In this document: in pieces, positions 7,928-17,535 of the stretch | Position numbering within the stretch: the stretch's first letter is position 1 | How the letters are laid out: each line of letters starts with the position of its first letter | Assembly: GCA_900766325.1 (NCBI GenBank) | Contig: CAAFVA010000093.1 | Coordinates: 1 to 32,504 of the forward strand | Direction: 5' to 3' | DNA from: Bacilli bacterium | GTDB taxonomy: Bacteria > Bacillota_I > Bacilli_A > RF39 > UBA660 | DNA: 32,504 nucleotides | Notes under the pieces: model-generated | What the model saw: the letters and a program-made list of their open reading frames with translations, nothing else | Told to the model about the DNA's origin: nothing | The model's database searches: none | Made by a program: the position numbers and the translations under genes

Positions 7928-8371
7928 TTAGTATCCCAAATCTTTAATAACGTCATTTAAATCTTTTTTATATTCAATATTTACCGAAGAATATAAAAGT
8001 GTGTTACCAACCCTTGTTAATACGTTATAAGTATCACTTAGTTCTTGAGTATATTTTTGATAAGTTTCGTCTTTTTTTTCCTTACCTTTAGTTTTGTTAT
8101 TCTCAAAACTTTCTTTATTACTTTCATACGCTTCCTTGGCATCATCTTCTTTTGCAAATACGTAATATTCTATTTGAAACCTACCGTTATTTGCAGAAGC
8201 AACATAACTTATTCGGTCATCTTCCATCTGGCCAGTAACATCAGTTACGGTAAATCCGTTGTTAGATAATATTAAAGCCGCTTCATCCGATTTTAATGCT
8301 TCTTTTTCAGAACATGCAGTAAGTATAATTGCCGCAAACAATAAAACAAATATCTTTTTAAAAGTTTTCAT
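7928..8371 (-). CDS. Small lipoprotein of unknown function, last gene of the phosphorelay operon
   Basis: Signal peptide with lipobox MKTFKKIFVLLFAAIILTAC|S. RBS GAAAGGAA. It starts only 14 nt after the stop of the upstream kinase. Confidence 0.75.
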   Translation of the reverse strand: MKTFKKIFVLLFAAIILTACSEKEALKSDEAALILSNNGFTVTDVTGQMEDDRISYVASANNGRFQIEYYVFAKEDDAKEAYESNKESFENNKTKGKEKKDETYQKYTQELSDTYNVLTRVGNTLLYSSVNIEYKKDLNDVIKDLGY

Positions 8372-8385
8372 AACATCATTCCTTT

Positions 8386-10236
8386 CTATTTGCCAAAGTA
8401 TTTTTCAATTAATTTATTAAGCTCTGATACGTTTATTGGTTTTGATAAATACTCATCAAAACCTTCTTTTAGATACATTTCCTTCATCCCGGTAATAGCG
8501 TTTGCAGTTAAAGCTACAATTGGTGGTATTTCATAACCGTCTAATTTTTTTAATACGTGTAAAACCCTTATACCGTCCATTTCAGGCATCATGTGATCTA
8601 AAAATATTATATCATACTTTGTACCTTCTTTTACTTTATATATACAGTCCTTGCCAGAAAACACTGTATCAACCTTAAAATTATATGGTTCTAAAAGTCT
8701 TGTTGCAACTTTTATGTTAAGTTTGTTATCATCAACTATTAACGCTCTTTTACCAGTGCAATCAGTATAAGATAGCACTTTATCAGATTTTTGAGGTTCG
8801 GTTATCACTCCTAGCTTTTCTTTATTAACGATTTTTTGAGTTACGTCAACAAAAAACGTTGTACCAACCTCCCACTCACTTTCAAACCATATTTTACCAC
8901 CGATTAAATCAACGTATTTCTTTGTTATTACAAGCCCTAGTCCAGTTCCTTCAATTTCGTTTTTGGTAGCCGTATCAAGCCTTGAAAACTTTTCAAACAA
9001 CTTATCATAGTCTTCTTTTTTTATACCGTAACCAGTGTCAGAAACCTTAAAATGAAGGTTCACATAATCACCTGTTACATCTCCTGTTATGGTAAGCTTT
9101 ACTTTACCAACTTCAGTATACTTAACGGCGTTTGTCAAAATATTTAAAAGAATCTGAAATAACTTACCTTTATCGCCATATAGTTTTGATGGAATATCCG
9201 TTGAAACATCCATAATCAGTTTAATTGGACGATCACCAATTCTTGCCTCAATGATACTTGCTAGTTCCATGGCTATGTTTCCGATTGAATACTCTTTCAT
9301 GTCGGGTGTTTCTTTACCCGATTCAATCTTTGAAATATCCAAAATATTATTTATTATATCAAGCAAGTTATTACCCGCAGAAGAAATGTGCTTAATGTCG
9401 GATCTTGCACTTTCTTCGTCAAATTTTGGATTATTAAGCAAGCTTTCACTTAATCCTACGATTGCGTTCATTGGAGATCTTATCTCATGAGACATATTTG
9501 ATAAAAAATCTGACTTTGCCTTGTTTGATTTTTCCGTTTGATTTTTTATTGTTTCTAACTCACTAATTATTTTTAAATCAGGATTTTCAATGTTAAAATA
9601 TAAGAAAAACATTTGCACGGCCGCTCCAATTGGTGAAAACGCAATATAAGGAAACGCTAGTTGGAGAGCAAAAATTATCGCAAGTTCAATGATCATTAAC
9701 CAAATCGAAACCTTTTTTCTTAGTGGTGCATTCTTACCATTTTTTAAAGTATATATCGCAATCATAAGCACCACAAACGTACAAAAACCCAAAACAAAAT
9801 AAGAAGCAGCTCCAGGAATATAGGAAATGTTAGAAGCATCTAGTTTTTCAAAGGGAACAAAGAAATACAAAATGCTGCATATTACAAAAATAAAGGTCAT
9901 AATTTTCGTTCTTTTATTCATGTATACTATCTGTATTAAATTGTCAGCGTTTAAGTTATCCAAAAACACAAGCGTATAATAATAAAGTAAAGAAAACCAT
10001 ATTATTCCGGTATACCAATGAACACGATACATCATTAAGTTAAGAACTTCATCAAAACCGAAATACACCATAAAAGAAGCAATTATTTCGGTAACCAAAA
10101 GAACGATTTCAACAATAAGTAAGTATCGATATGTTTTATTTCTTATTGATAAAAACCTTTGCTTTGAAAAGTATACTATGCATAGTAATATCATAAACAG
10201 TAAACTTCCAACAGTAAGCATTAACCCTGATAACAT
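8386..10236 (-). CDS. Hybrid sensor histidine kinase / response regulator (multi-TM sensor, HisKA, HATPase_c, receiver)
   Basis: About 6 N-terminal TM helices, H-box SHEIRSPMNAI, G-boxes DTGYGI and GTGLGL, and a C-terminal receiver (LIVDDN...FLDHMMPEMDG...LTANA...KP). Confidence 0.9.
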   Translation of the reverse strand: MLSGLMLTVGSLLFMILLCIVYFSKQRFLSIRNKTYRYLLIVEIVLLVTEIIASFMVYFGFDEVLNLMMYRVHWYTGIIWFSLLYYYTLVFLDNLNADNLIQIVYMNKRTKIMTFIFVICSILYFFVPFEKLDASNISYIPGAASYFVLGFCTFVVLMIAIYTLKNGKNAPLRKKVSIWLMIIELAIIFALQLAFPYIAFSPIGAAVQMFFLYFNIENPDLKIISELETIKNQTEKSNKAKSDFLSNMSHEIRSPMNAIVGLSESLLNNPKFDEESARSDIKHISSAGNNLLDIINNILDISKIESGKETPDMKEYSIGNIAMELASIIEARIGDRPIKLIMDVSTDIPSKLYGDKGKLFQILLNILTNAVKYTEVGKVKLTITGDVTGDYVNLHFKVSDTGYGIKKEDYDKLFEKFSRLDTATKNEIEGTGLGLVITKKYVDLIGGKIWFESEWEVGTTFFVDVTQKIVNKEKLGVITEPQKSDKVLSYTDCTGKRALIVDDNKLNIKVATRLLEPYNFKVDTVFSGKDCIYKVKEGTKYDIIFLDHMMPEMDGIRVLHVLKKLDGYEIPPIVALTANAITGMKEMYLKEGFDEYLSKPINVSELNKLIEKYFGK

Positions 10237-10250
10237 ATAATTACTCCTTT

Positions 10251-12137
10251 CTACTCATCTTTTTGTCCAAAATACTTAATAATTAATTTATTAAGTTCTC
10301 TAAAATTAATCGGCTTAGAAAGATAGTCACTGAAACCTTCTTTTATATATTTTTCTTTTAATCCATCATACGAATTAGCTGTTAAAGCAACAACTGGAGG
10401 AATGCTATAACCAGACTTAATTAACAATTTCATGGTCGTAACCCCGTCCATTTCAGGCATCATATGGTCTAAGAAAATCAAGTCATATTTATTTTCTTTA
10501 ATCATTTCCAAACACTCAAATCCACTTTTTGCAGAAGAAATCTTAAAATTATACTGACTAAGCATTCTACTTGTCAATTTAATATTAACACTATTATCAT
10601 CAACTATTAAAACGCTTTTATTAGACAAGTTAAGTAATTTAGTGTTAGAAGAGTCATTTTTTTTATATCCTTCAAAAACGTTACCTATCTTATCAAACGA
10701 CGTAACCTTTTGTTTTATCGTAATAAAATACCTTGTTCCTTTTCCAGTTTCGTTTTTAAACTCCATTTCACCCCCAAGCATAATCGTTAATCTTTTAGCA
10801 ACTATAAGCCCCAATGTCGTACTATCAATGTTATTTTGAGTGCTGTTACCAAGTTTAACAAAGTCATTAAAGTCTTTTTCAAAATCTTCCGTCTTCATTG
10901 CGTGACCGGTATTAGATACAACAAACGAAAGAAAACAAACATCTTCACTTACCCTGCCATCCACATCTAACGTAATTTTTCCATAATTAGTATACTTTAT
11001 CGCGTTTATTAACGTAAGAACAATAATTTTGTAAATCTTTGTTTGATCCCCATAAAACACAGATGGCAAATTTTCGTTAACATTTATTTTAAACTCTAGT
11101 GAATCTTTATTTATCTTTGAAGAAATAACACTATCAATCTCAAAAACAAGTGATTCTAACTGATACTCTTTTTCCTCTACGCTTTCTTTACCAGATTCAA
11201 TTCTTGATATATCTAATATGTTGTTTATTAGATCAAGCAAACTAACGCTTGCATCATGAATACTTTCAGTATCTCTTTTTACTATCTCTTTAGTTAATTT
11301 TTTTTCGTTTAATAGTGACTCACTAAAACCCAATATGGTGTTAAGTGGTGTTCTTATTTCATGCGACATATTTGATAAAAATTCAGTTTTTGCCTTATCT
11401 GCTAAAACAGCTTTATCTTTTGCTTTTTCAAGCTCATTTAAAAGTTTGTTATCTTGGCTTTCAATCGTAAAATACATTGCCACTACCGCCACGGTAAAAA
11501 TATATGTTAAATCATTAAAATCGTAGTCCACAATCCACTGTATGGCAGTTGTACCAACAAATAATATGAATGCGAAATAAAGTGGTAATTTTTGTTTTAA
11601 GGGAATATCACCCTTATTATTTAAAAGAGCAAACAATAAAACTATTATTATAACAAAACCAATTAAATACAAAACGTAAACTGCCTCTCCTCCAATTACG
11701 TATAAATCGTTATTACCACCAATGTAACTAACAGGTAATAAACACGAAATAATAAAGAAAGCAGAATCAATTATTAGCCAAATAATAGATATTCTTTGTT
11801 TGTACTTTTTTTCTTTTTCCTTTGAGATTCCCTTCTTACCAAGACTCCATATGTAAAATATTAGACAAGTAAACCATACGATACATCCTAAAATGTATAA
11901 CCTTGCTAATACTTCGTTGATTATTCCAGGAGTGCTTACCTTTCCCATTGCAATTACAAAACAAAGTTCTATAACCAAAAGAATCATCGTTAAAATAAGT
12001 AGAAAACGATAAATGGTATTTTCTAAACTATCATATTTTTTCTTTGACAAGTACATTAGTGTAATAAGTGATAAAAACACCAATCCACATATCGTTAAAC
12101 CAATACTGGGAAACAAATTTATATGCAACAAAATCAC
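10251..12137 (-). CDS. Hybrid sensor histidine kinase / response regulator, tandem paralog of 8386-10236
   Basis: Same architecture: H-box SHEIRTPLNTI and receiver LIVDDN...FLDHMMPEMDG...LTAN...KP. The exact start is uncertain because the GTG at 12137 abuts the SD AAGGAAG. The TTG codons at 12131 or 12128 are better spaced. Confidence 0.88.
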   Translation of the reverse strand: MILLHINLFPSIGLTICGLVFLSLITLMYLSKKKYDSLENTIYRFLLILTMILLVIELCFVIAMGKVSTPGIINEVLARLYILGCIVWFTCLIFYIWSLGKKGISKEKEKKYKQRISIIWLIIDSAFFIISCLLPVSYIGGNNDLYVIGGEAVYVLYLIGFVIIIVLLFALLNNKGDIPLKQKLPLYFAFILFVGTTAIQWIVDYDFNDLTYIFTVAVVAMYFTIESQDNKLLNELEKAKDKAVLADKAKTEFLSNMSHEIRTPLNTILGFSESLLNEKKLTKEIVKRDTESIHDASVSLLDLINNILDISRIESGKESVEEKEYQLESLVFEIDSVISSKINKDSLEFKINVNENLPSVFYGDQTKIYKIIVLTLINAIKYTNYGKITLDVDGRVSEDVCFLSFVVSNTGHAMKTEDFEKDFNDFVKLGNSTQNNIDSTTLGLIVAKRLTIMLGGEMEFKNETGKGTRYFITIKQKVTSFDKIGNVFEGYKKNDSSNTKLLNLSNKSVLIVDDNSVNIKLTSRMLSQYNFKISSAKSGFECLEMIKENKYDLIFLDHMMPEMDGVTTMKLLIKSGYSIPPVVALTANSYDGLKEKYIKEGFSDYLSKPINFRELNKLIIKYFGQKDE

Positions 12138-12150
12138 TTCCTTATAACAA

Positions 12151-13770
12151 TTAAGATACTTTTTCGAACAAATCAGTTACCTTAATAAAACATTCTATTA
12201 TTTTAGGATTAAACATTAAACCAGACCTGTTAATAATAGTTTCACTTGCGTTATCTTTATTTTTTCTCTTTAAATTATTATACATAATACATACCGATGC
12301 AATTTGTGATTCTAACGGGATTTTTTCCTGTAAAAGCCCTTCAGGGTAACCACTACCGTCATAGTTTTCATGATAATACTTAGCAATGTTAGTAGCGTAC
12401 TTTTCATATAACGAATCACTCGTAAGGCTTAATAAATACTTAATCATTTTCGCTCCAAATAAAGGATAGTTCTTTACTTTTAAAACGTCTTCTTTATCTG
12501 ATAACTTATCCTTACTTAAAATCTTCCTTGGAATCGAATAAAAACCAACGTCATAATACATCGATGCCAAAGCCATTTTTTCAACCTTCTCGTCGTCTAA
12601 GTTATACTCTGGATAATCTTCCATAACTTTATTAGCAAGTATTTTAACATACTTATTTACCCTTTCAATGTTATCCTTATAATCATAACGATAAGCTTCA
12701 ATAAACGGATTGATTAAATCTTTTAACTCCTCATTTTGATTACTTATTAAGTTATTTAATGAATTGCTTGACTTATAAAGATTAATAAAATTACTAATTC
12801 TGTGTTTTACAACCTCAAAGTCAAAAGGTTTTTCTAGCATATCAGCGATGTTATAATTATAAACCCTTGATCTTGTTTCTTTTTCATAATCTCCAGAAAT
12901 AATAATAACCGGTATCCTAGTTAAATAATTTTTCTTACTTAAATATTCTAAAACCGCAAATCCATCTAAAACCGGCATTGTCAAATCAAGAAATATCCCG
13001 ATTAAATGATCAGAGGAAGACGAAAAGCCCTTATTTTGGTTTTCATCTAAATAATCCAAGGCTTCCTTGCCGTTATTGGCAGTAACAATTTTATAGGTGC
13101 CATCAAACACCTTTTTAATCATGTTTCTAGTAACCATATCATCGTCTACTATTAAAATGGTATCTTCTTTCCTTGAAGTTACGTTTGCATAAGTTTTATT
13201 TAATGATTTTTTAAGTTTTGGATAGTTACTAATTAAACTTTCAAAAACAGAATTTATATAATCCTCAACGTTCTTTATGTTTGACAACGATTTTTTATCC
13301 AAATCAAAAACGTTTCGAACTTTAACAATCGCATCTGATAAAGAGTCTACCAAACTGTTAAAACGAATTTCTTGTTCTATTTTATCGTTTGATTTACTTT
13401 CTTTCTCCTCTTTTTTCAAAACTAAAACCACGTTTGTTTGATTAATGTTTATTAACATTGATACGTTGGTGTACGTTTTGTTATTCAAAGTTTTATAAGT
13501 TATTGTTATTCTTTCGTTACCATTTTTTCTCTCGTCTTGTAATTTTGGAATGGAAATGGAATTCATGTACTCTTTTAAATACTGTTCTTCTAACGCTTCT
13601 TTAACCTCATCTAAAAATTTCGCTAACGATTTTTTTTCCTTAACCGTAAAAGCACCATCTAAAAGTGAAAAACTAGTATATTCATCATTAAAAATATCTA
13701 ATATAAAAACCTCGTCCAAATCATACGAAACAACGTTTAAAACGTGTTGTTCCAAAGTTTTTTCAGTCAC
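12151..13770 (-). CDS. Response regulator: unknown N-terminal domain, receiver, and a degenerate HD-GYP domain
   Basis: Receiver ILIVDDD...FLDLTMPVLDG...KP. The C-terminal domain has YHENYDGSGYPEGL (GYP signature), but several HD-superfamily metal ligands are substituted. GTG start with AGGGGA 9 nt upstream. Confidence 0.85.
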   Translation of the reverse strand: MTEKTLEQHVLNVVSYDLDEVFILDIFNDEYTSFSLLDGAFTVKEKKSLAKFLDEVKEALEEQYLKEYMNSISIPKLQDERKNGNERITITYKTLNNKTYTNVSMLININQTNVVLVLKKEEKESKSNDKIEQEIRFNSLVDSLSDAIVKVRNVFDLDKKSLSNIKNVEDYINSVFESLISNYPKLKKSLNKTYANVTSRKEDTILIVDDDMVTRNMIKKVFDGTYKIVTANNGKEALDYLDENQNKGFSSSSDHLIGIFLDLTMPVLDGFAVLEYLSKKNYLTRIPVIIISGDYEKETRSRVYNYNIADMLEKPFDFEVVKHRISNFINLYKSSNSLNNLISNQNEELKDLINPFIEAYRYDYKDNIERVNKYVKILANKVMEDYPEYNLDDEKVEKMALASMYYDVGFYSIPRKILSKDKLSDKEDVLKVKNYPLFGAKMIKYLLSLTSDSLYEKYATNIAKYYHENYDGSGYPEGLLQEKIPLESQIASVCIMYNNLKRKNKDNASETIINRSGLMFNPKIIECFIKVTDLFEKVS

Positions 13771-13794
13771 AAAAAATCATCCCCTTTTATAAAA

Positions 13795-14163
13795 TTATAA
13801 AGCTTTATATTTGCCAATTATATCTTGAACGTTTTTAGCCGCATTAATAAGTTCATCATAATGTTCATTAACGTAATTAACGTCACCAGCTTTGCTTGCC
13901 ATCTCATGAGCATATGCTATGTCACCAAGTTTCATAAACCCAAAACTTCTTGCGTTACTTTTTAAAGCATGAACCAAAATTGCATAGTTAGGCATGTCTT
14001 GTGAAGATTTAAACGCATCTATTTTAGCTAAATCATTCGGAAGCTCATTATAAAAATCAGTCATTATTTCATCATAATTTTCAATGCCCATCATGTTTTC
14101 AATACTAGGTTTTGCATCAACCCCGTTTTCTTCTAAAAAAACTATCTTACTATTAGTATCCAT
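13795..14163 (-). CDS. Histidine phosphotransfer (Hpt) domain protein
   Basis: 122 aa, all-helical, with the Hpt signature around the phospho-His: VHALKSNARSFG (HxxKG/S...G). Confidence 0.8.
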   Translation of the reverse strand: MDTNSKIVFLEENGVDAKPSIENMMGIENYDEIMTDFYNELPNDLAKIDAFKSSQDMPNYAILVHALKSNARSFGFMKLGDIAYAHEMASKAGDVNYVNEHYDELINAAKNVQDIIGKYKAL

Positions 14164-14196
14164 AAAGTACCTACCTTCTTTTATTATTCTTTATTT

Positions 14197-14225
14197 ATTG
14201 TACTATAAATTACTTAAAAAGACAA
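14197..14225 (-). promoter_or_regulatory. Candidate sigma-A promoter of the phosphorelay operon (TTGTCT-17-TACAAT)
   Basis: Read on the minus strand: -35 at 14225-14220 and -10 at 14202-14197, about 35 nt upstream of the Hpt ATG. Confidence 0.4.
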
Positions 14226-14405
14226 TTGGTTCATGAACGTTTTAATTAATTAAAAAAAGAGTTATTAAAAACCCTTATTTGTGTATTTTAATTAGCGCTA
14301 GACTACGTAAACACTAATTATAGATTATGTTATATTTAACGCTAAAGTTTTCACCAATAACGTTAGTAAAGTTTTTGTCACTAACGAAACCCAAATGATT
14401 TTGTT

Positions 14406-15172
14406 TTAATTCAAATCTTGTATTTCTTTTACGGATAAACCTGTGCACTCAGAAATTATATTTATGCTTACGCCTTTAATTAAAAGTTTCTTAGCCGTTT
14501 CTTCAATAGCCTCTTTGCGGCCCTCTTTATGCCCTTCTTTAATGCCTTGAGTTTTTACCTTCCTTTATCCCTTGTACCTTTCCTTCGTTCCAGCCTTCTT
14601 TTATAGCACTCGCCATCATTGAGTTTCTTACCCTTCTTTGGTGTTCTTCTTCGTCATACCATCCTTGTAACTCTTCATCACGACTTATTTCTACTATCTT
14701 TTTTAATTCCATATTGTCTTTTATTAGCTTTTCAAGTTCTTCATCTTTTTCTGCCATCATAATCACCAACTCTCTTATCTGGTTCATACCTATTATAATT
14801 ATCAAAGTTAATTTGCATTATTTTCGGGATGTCACTATATTTTTCACCCTCTAATATTATGCTTTCTCTTATTTTGGATATATACTCGTTATTTCTATCC
14901 ATTAACCCTTCATAATACTCTTTATTCATCTCTAAATTAATTACGTTATCTTCTATTTCCACTACCATATCAGTTATTTTTCTTTTTTCACTTATTCCTT
15001 TTAATCTTTGCTCATTGTTTTTAAACACTAAATTATCTTTCAATTTTTCTTTTTCTATACCAGTTATATTACTTATTAAACTTATTAAATATCCCCTTGC
15101 TTCCTTGCTCGTCAACACGCTTTTAAACATTTTATCATACGTCATCGGTATTATTTTTTGTTCTGTTATCAT
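14406..15172 (-). pseudogene. Rpn-family recombination-promoting nuclease / putative transposase (PD-(D/E)XK, YhgA-like), split over three frames
   Basis: Frame A is MITEQKIIPMTYDKMFKSVL...INFDNYNRYEPDKRV. Frame B is MAEKDEELEKL...KEGWNEGKVQGIKEG. Frame C, found by hand, is QGIKEGHKEGRKEAIEETAKKLLIKGVSINIISECTGLSVKEIQDLN*, the typical EG-repeat plus HTH-like tail of this family. Two frame changes fall near 14760-14790 and 14545-14560. Confidence 0.7.
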
Positions 15173-15368
15173 GTGTATTTCCTTTCTTTCATAGGCATGT
15201 TAACATCTTATAATTTTATTTGCAAATTACAAAAAATAATTAGTTTATGTTGAAAATAAGTAAAAAAGAATATTCTGTTTACACAAAACATTCTCTTTGT
15301 TTTACTTTTTTTACCAAATTTCTTTTTTTGATTAATTAAATATTTTTTAGTTTTAAATAGTATATGTC

Positions 15369-17495
15369 TTAATTTAGTACTACTTCCGTACCTGCTTCTA
15401 TTACGGTGCCTGGTGCGACGTTTTGTTTAGTTACATAACCAGAAGTACTTGCGGTGTAATTTATACCCAACTTTGTCAAAATAACGCTTGCTTCCTTAAG
15501 TGAGTATCCTAAAACGTCTGGCATAACAACGTTTGAATCATTGGTGAATATAAAGACCCTACTTTTTGTATTCGTTATGGTACCTTTATTAGGATATTGA
15601 TCAATTACCTTAGCACCATTACCAAAAACCACGTAGTTAGCACCAATAGTGTTTAAATTTTCTTTTACTTCTTCGGTCAATTTGTTTTTATAATTACTCA
15701 TTTCATAAGTTGTAACTTCTTTATTTAATTCTGGAGTCTCCTCAAAAATACCTAGGTATTTTGCGGTATCTTTAACAATTGTTTTAACAGCGTCCGATAA
15801 CACCGTGGAGTAATTATGCCCCCTTTGCATGGCAACATAAATAATTACTTCAGGATCATCTTTTGGATACATTCCCGCAAAGGAATATACGTAATCATTA
15901 CTTCCAGTATAATATTTACCAGTTTTTGAGTTTACGATTTGAGCAGTACCAGTTTTTCCAATTAGATCATATCCATCCATCCGATAACGACTACCCGTAG
16001 TGTCTTCAGGTGCTCCATTTACAACCTGATACATTAACTCTTTTATTTTCTCCATGGTGTTTTTTGAAGCAACTCTTTCCCCTTCTTTTACCTCCGCTTT
16101 ATAAGTTACTTCACCAGTAGATGAATTAACCGTTTTTTCAACCACGTAAGGAGTAAGTAAAACACCATCATTAGCGATTGCGGTTAAGGCTTTAACCTGC
16201 TGGATTGGAGTCGTTGTAACACCTTGACCAAAACCGGCGTTTACCACCTCAACATCATACCTAAAATCAACCTTACCAGCGTATTCATTTGGCAAATCTA
16301 TTCCCGTTTCAGAACCAAAACCAAGTTTTTTAAAATAATCCAAAAGTTCTTGCCTTGATAAATAATTCTTTATTAAGTTTGCAATACAAGTGTTAGAAGA
16401 TAAGGTATATCCTCTTTGATAAGTAATTTCACCCCAACCAGTATTATTCCAGTCGCTTACGGTATCTTCTCCAATTGTATACGGACCCGTAACGCAAGTC
16501 TCACCTGCAGGATCAAACGAAGGGTTACTTTCAAAAGCCGCCATAAAAGTATACGTTTTCATAACTGAACCAGGTTCGTACGTATACGAAACAAGTGGAT
16601 TTAAATAGTTAGAAATTTCTCTTGTATTAGGGTTAAACGAAGGTGATGTTGCACTTCCTAGTATTTTACCTGTTTTAGCATCCGCTACAACCGCGATAAT
16701 CCAATCAGCATCAGAATCATCCTGTGCTTTATTAACCACTGTTTCTAAAGACATTTGAACGTTCGAATCAATTGTTAAATATACGTCATTACCATCTATC
16801 TTCTCTTCTCTTATCTCGTTAGAATTAGGAAATTTATAACCATTCAAATCCTTCTGATACTGAACAAAACCATTAGTTCCAGTCATCGCATCATCATACT
16901 CACTTTCAATTCCCATTTCTCCTGTCATGTTACCTTCTTCATCAGTTGTAGTATAACCAATTATGTATGATAAAAAATCATTATTAGGATAATACCTTTT
17001 ATGTGTTGTAATAAAATCTATACCATAAAGATCTAACTTTTCAATAGCTTCTTTTTGAAGTTCGGTAAGACCTCGCCCAGCACTGCCAAACTCCACTTGA
17101 TAAGCATCCTTATTTAAAATTTCTAATATTCTTTCCTTACTCATATCTAATACGGTAGATAATTTTTCAGCGGTAAGCTCTTTGTCAACTACGTGTTGCG
17201 GAACATCGTAACCTTCACTTCTAGACTCATCAAGATAAGCAATTATCGTGTAAGAATTTATGGTTTGTGCTAAAACCTCACCATTAGCATCATATATACT
17301 TCCTCTTAGGGCATACAAAGTTTCCGTTTTCGTGTTTCTTTTATCAGAAAACTCCTTTAAATTTATTCCGTCAACTTCACCAGTTAAACATAAATAACCT
17401 AATCTTAAAATAAAAACAAAAAGAAAAAGAAAAAATATTAAAGTAAAAACTTTTGCCGTTGCGTTTTTGTTTTTGTTTAATACTTCTCTTTTCAT
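15369..17495 (-). CDS. Class B penicillin-binding protein (PBP2B/FtsI-type transpeptidase) with a C-terminal PASTA region
   Basis: N-terminal TM anchor. Transpeptidase motifs SVMK (SxxK), SSN (SxN) and KTGT. PASTA-like C-terminus (VVMPDVLGYSLKEASVILTKLGI...). Start set at the ATG at 17495 (GGGTGA upstream) rather than the GTG at 17507. Confidence 0.9.
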   Translation of the reverse strand: MKREVLNKNKNATAKVFTLIFFLFLFVFILRLGYLCLTGEVDGINLKEFSDKRNTKTETLYALRGSIYDANGEVLAQTINSYTIIAYLDESRSEGYDVPQHVVDKELTAEKLSTVLDMSKERILEILNKDAYQVEFGSAGRGLTELQKEAIEKLDLYGIDFITTHKRYYPNNDFLSYIIGYTTTDEEGNMTGEMGIESEYDDAMTGTNGFVQYQKDLNGYKFPNSNEIREEKIDGNDVYLTIDSNVQMSLETVVNKAQDDSDADWIIAVVADAKTGKILGSATSPSFNPNTREISNYLNPLVSYTYEPGSVMKTYTFMAAFESNPSFDPAGETCVTGPYTIGEDTVSDWNNTGWGEITYQRGYTLSSNTCIANLIKNYLSRQELLDYFKKLGFGSETGIDLPNEYAGKVDFRYDVEVVNAGFGQGVTTTPIQQVKALTAIANDGVLLTPYVVEKTVNSSTGEVTYKAEVKEGERVASKNTMEKIKELMYQVVNGAPEDTTGSRYRMDGYDLIGKTGTAQIVNSKTGKYYTGSNDYVYSFAGMYPKDDPEVIIYVAMQRGHNYSTVLSDAVKTIVKDTAKYLGIFEETPELNKEVTTYEMSNYKNKLTEEVKENLNTIGANYVVFGNGAKVIDQYPNKGTITNTKSRVFIFTNDSNVVMPDVLGYSLKEASVILTKLGINYTASTSGYVTKQNVAPGTVIEAGTEVVLN

Positions 17496-17535
17496 ATATT
17501 GCTTCACCCTTTAGTTTACTTAAGTTTTACTAAAC

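Noticed and set aside
14330-14400. Imperfect direct repeat AACG(C/T)TA..AAAGTTTT..CAC downstream of the Rpn pseudogene.
   Set aside because: There are only two degenerate copies in AT-rich spacer with no associated promoter or gene. This is not distinguishable from chance or from pseudogene debris.
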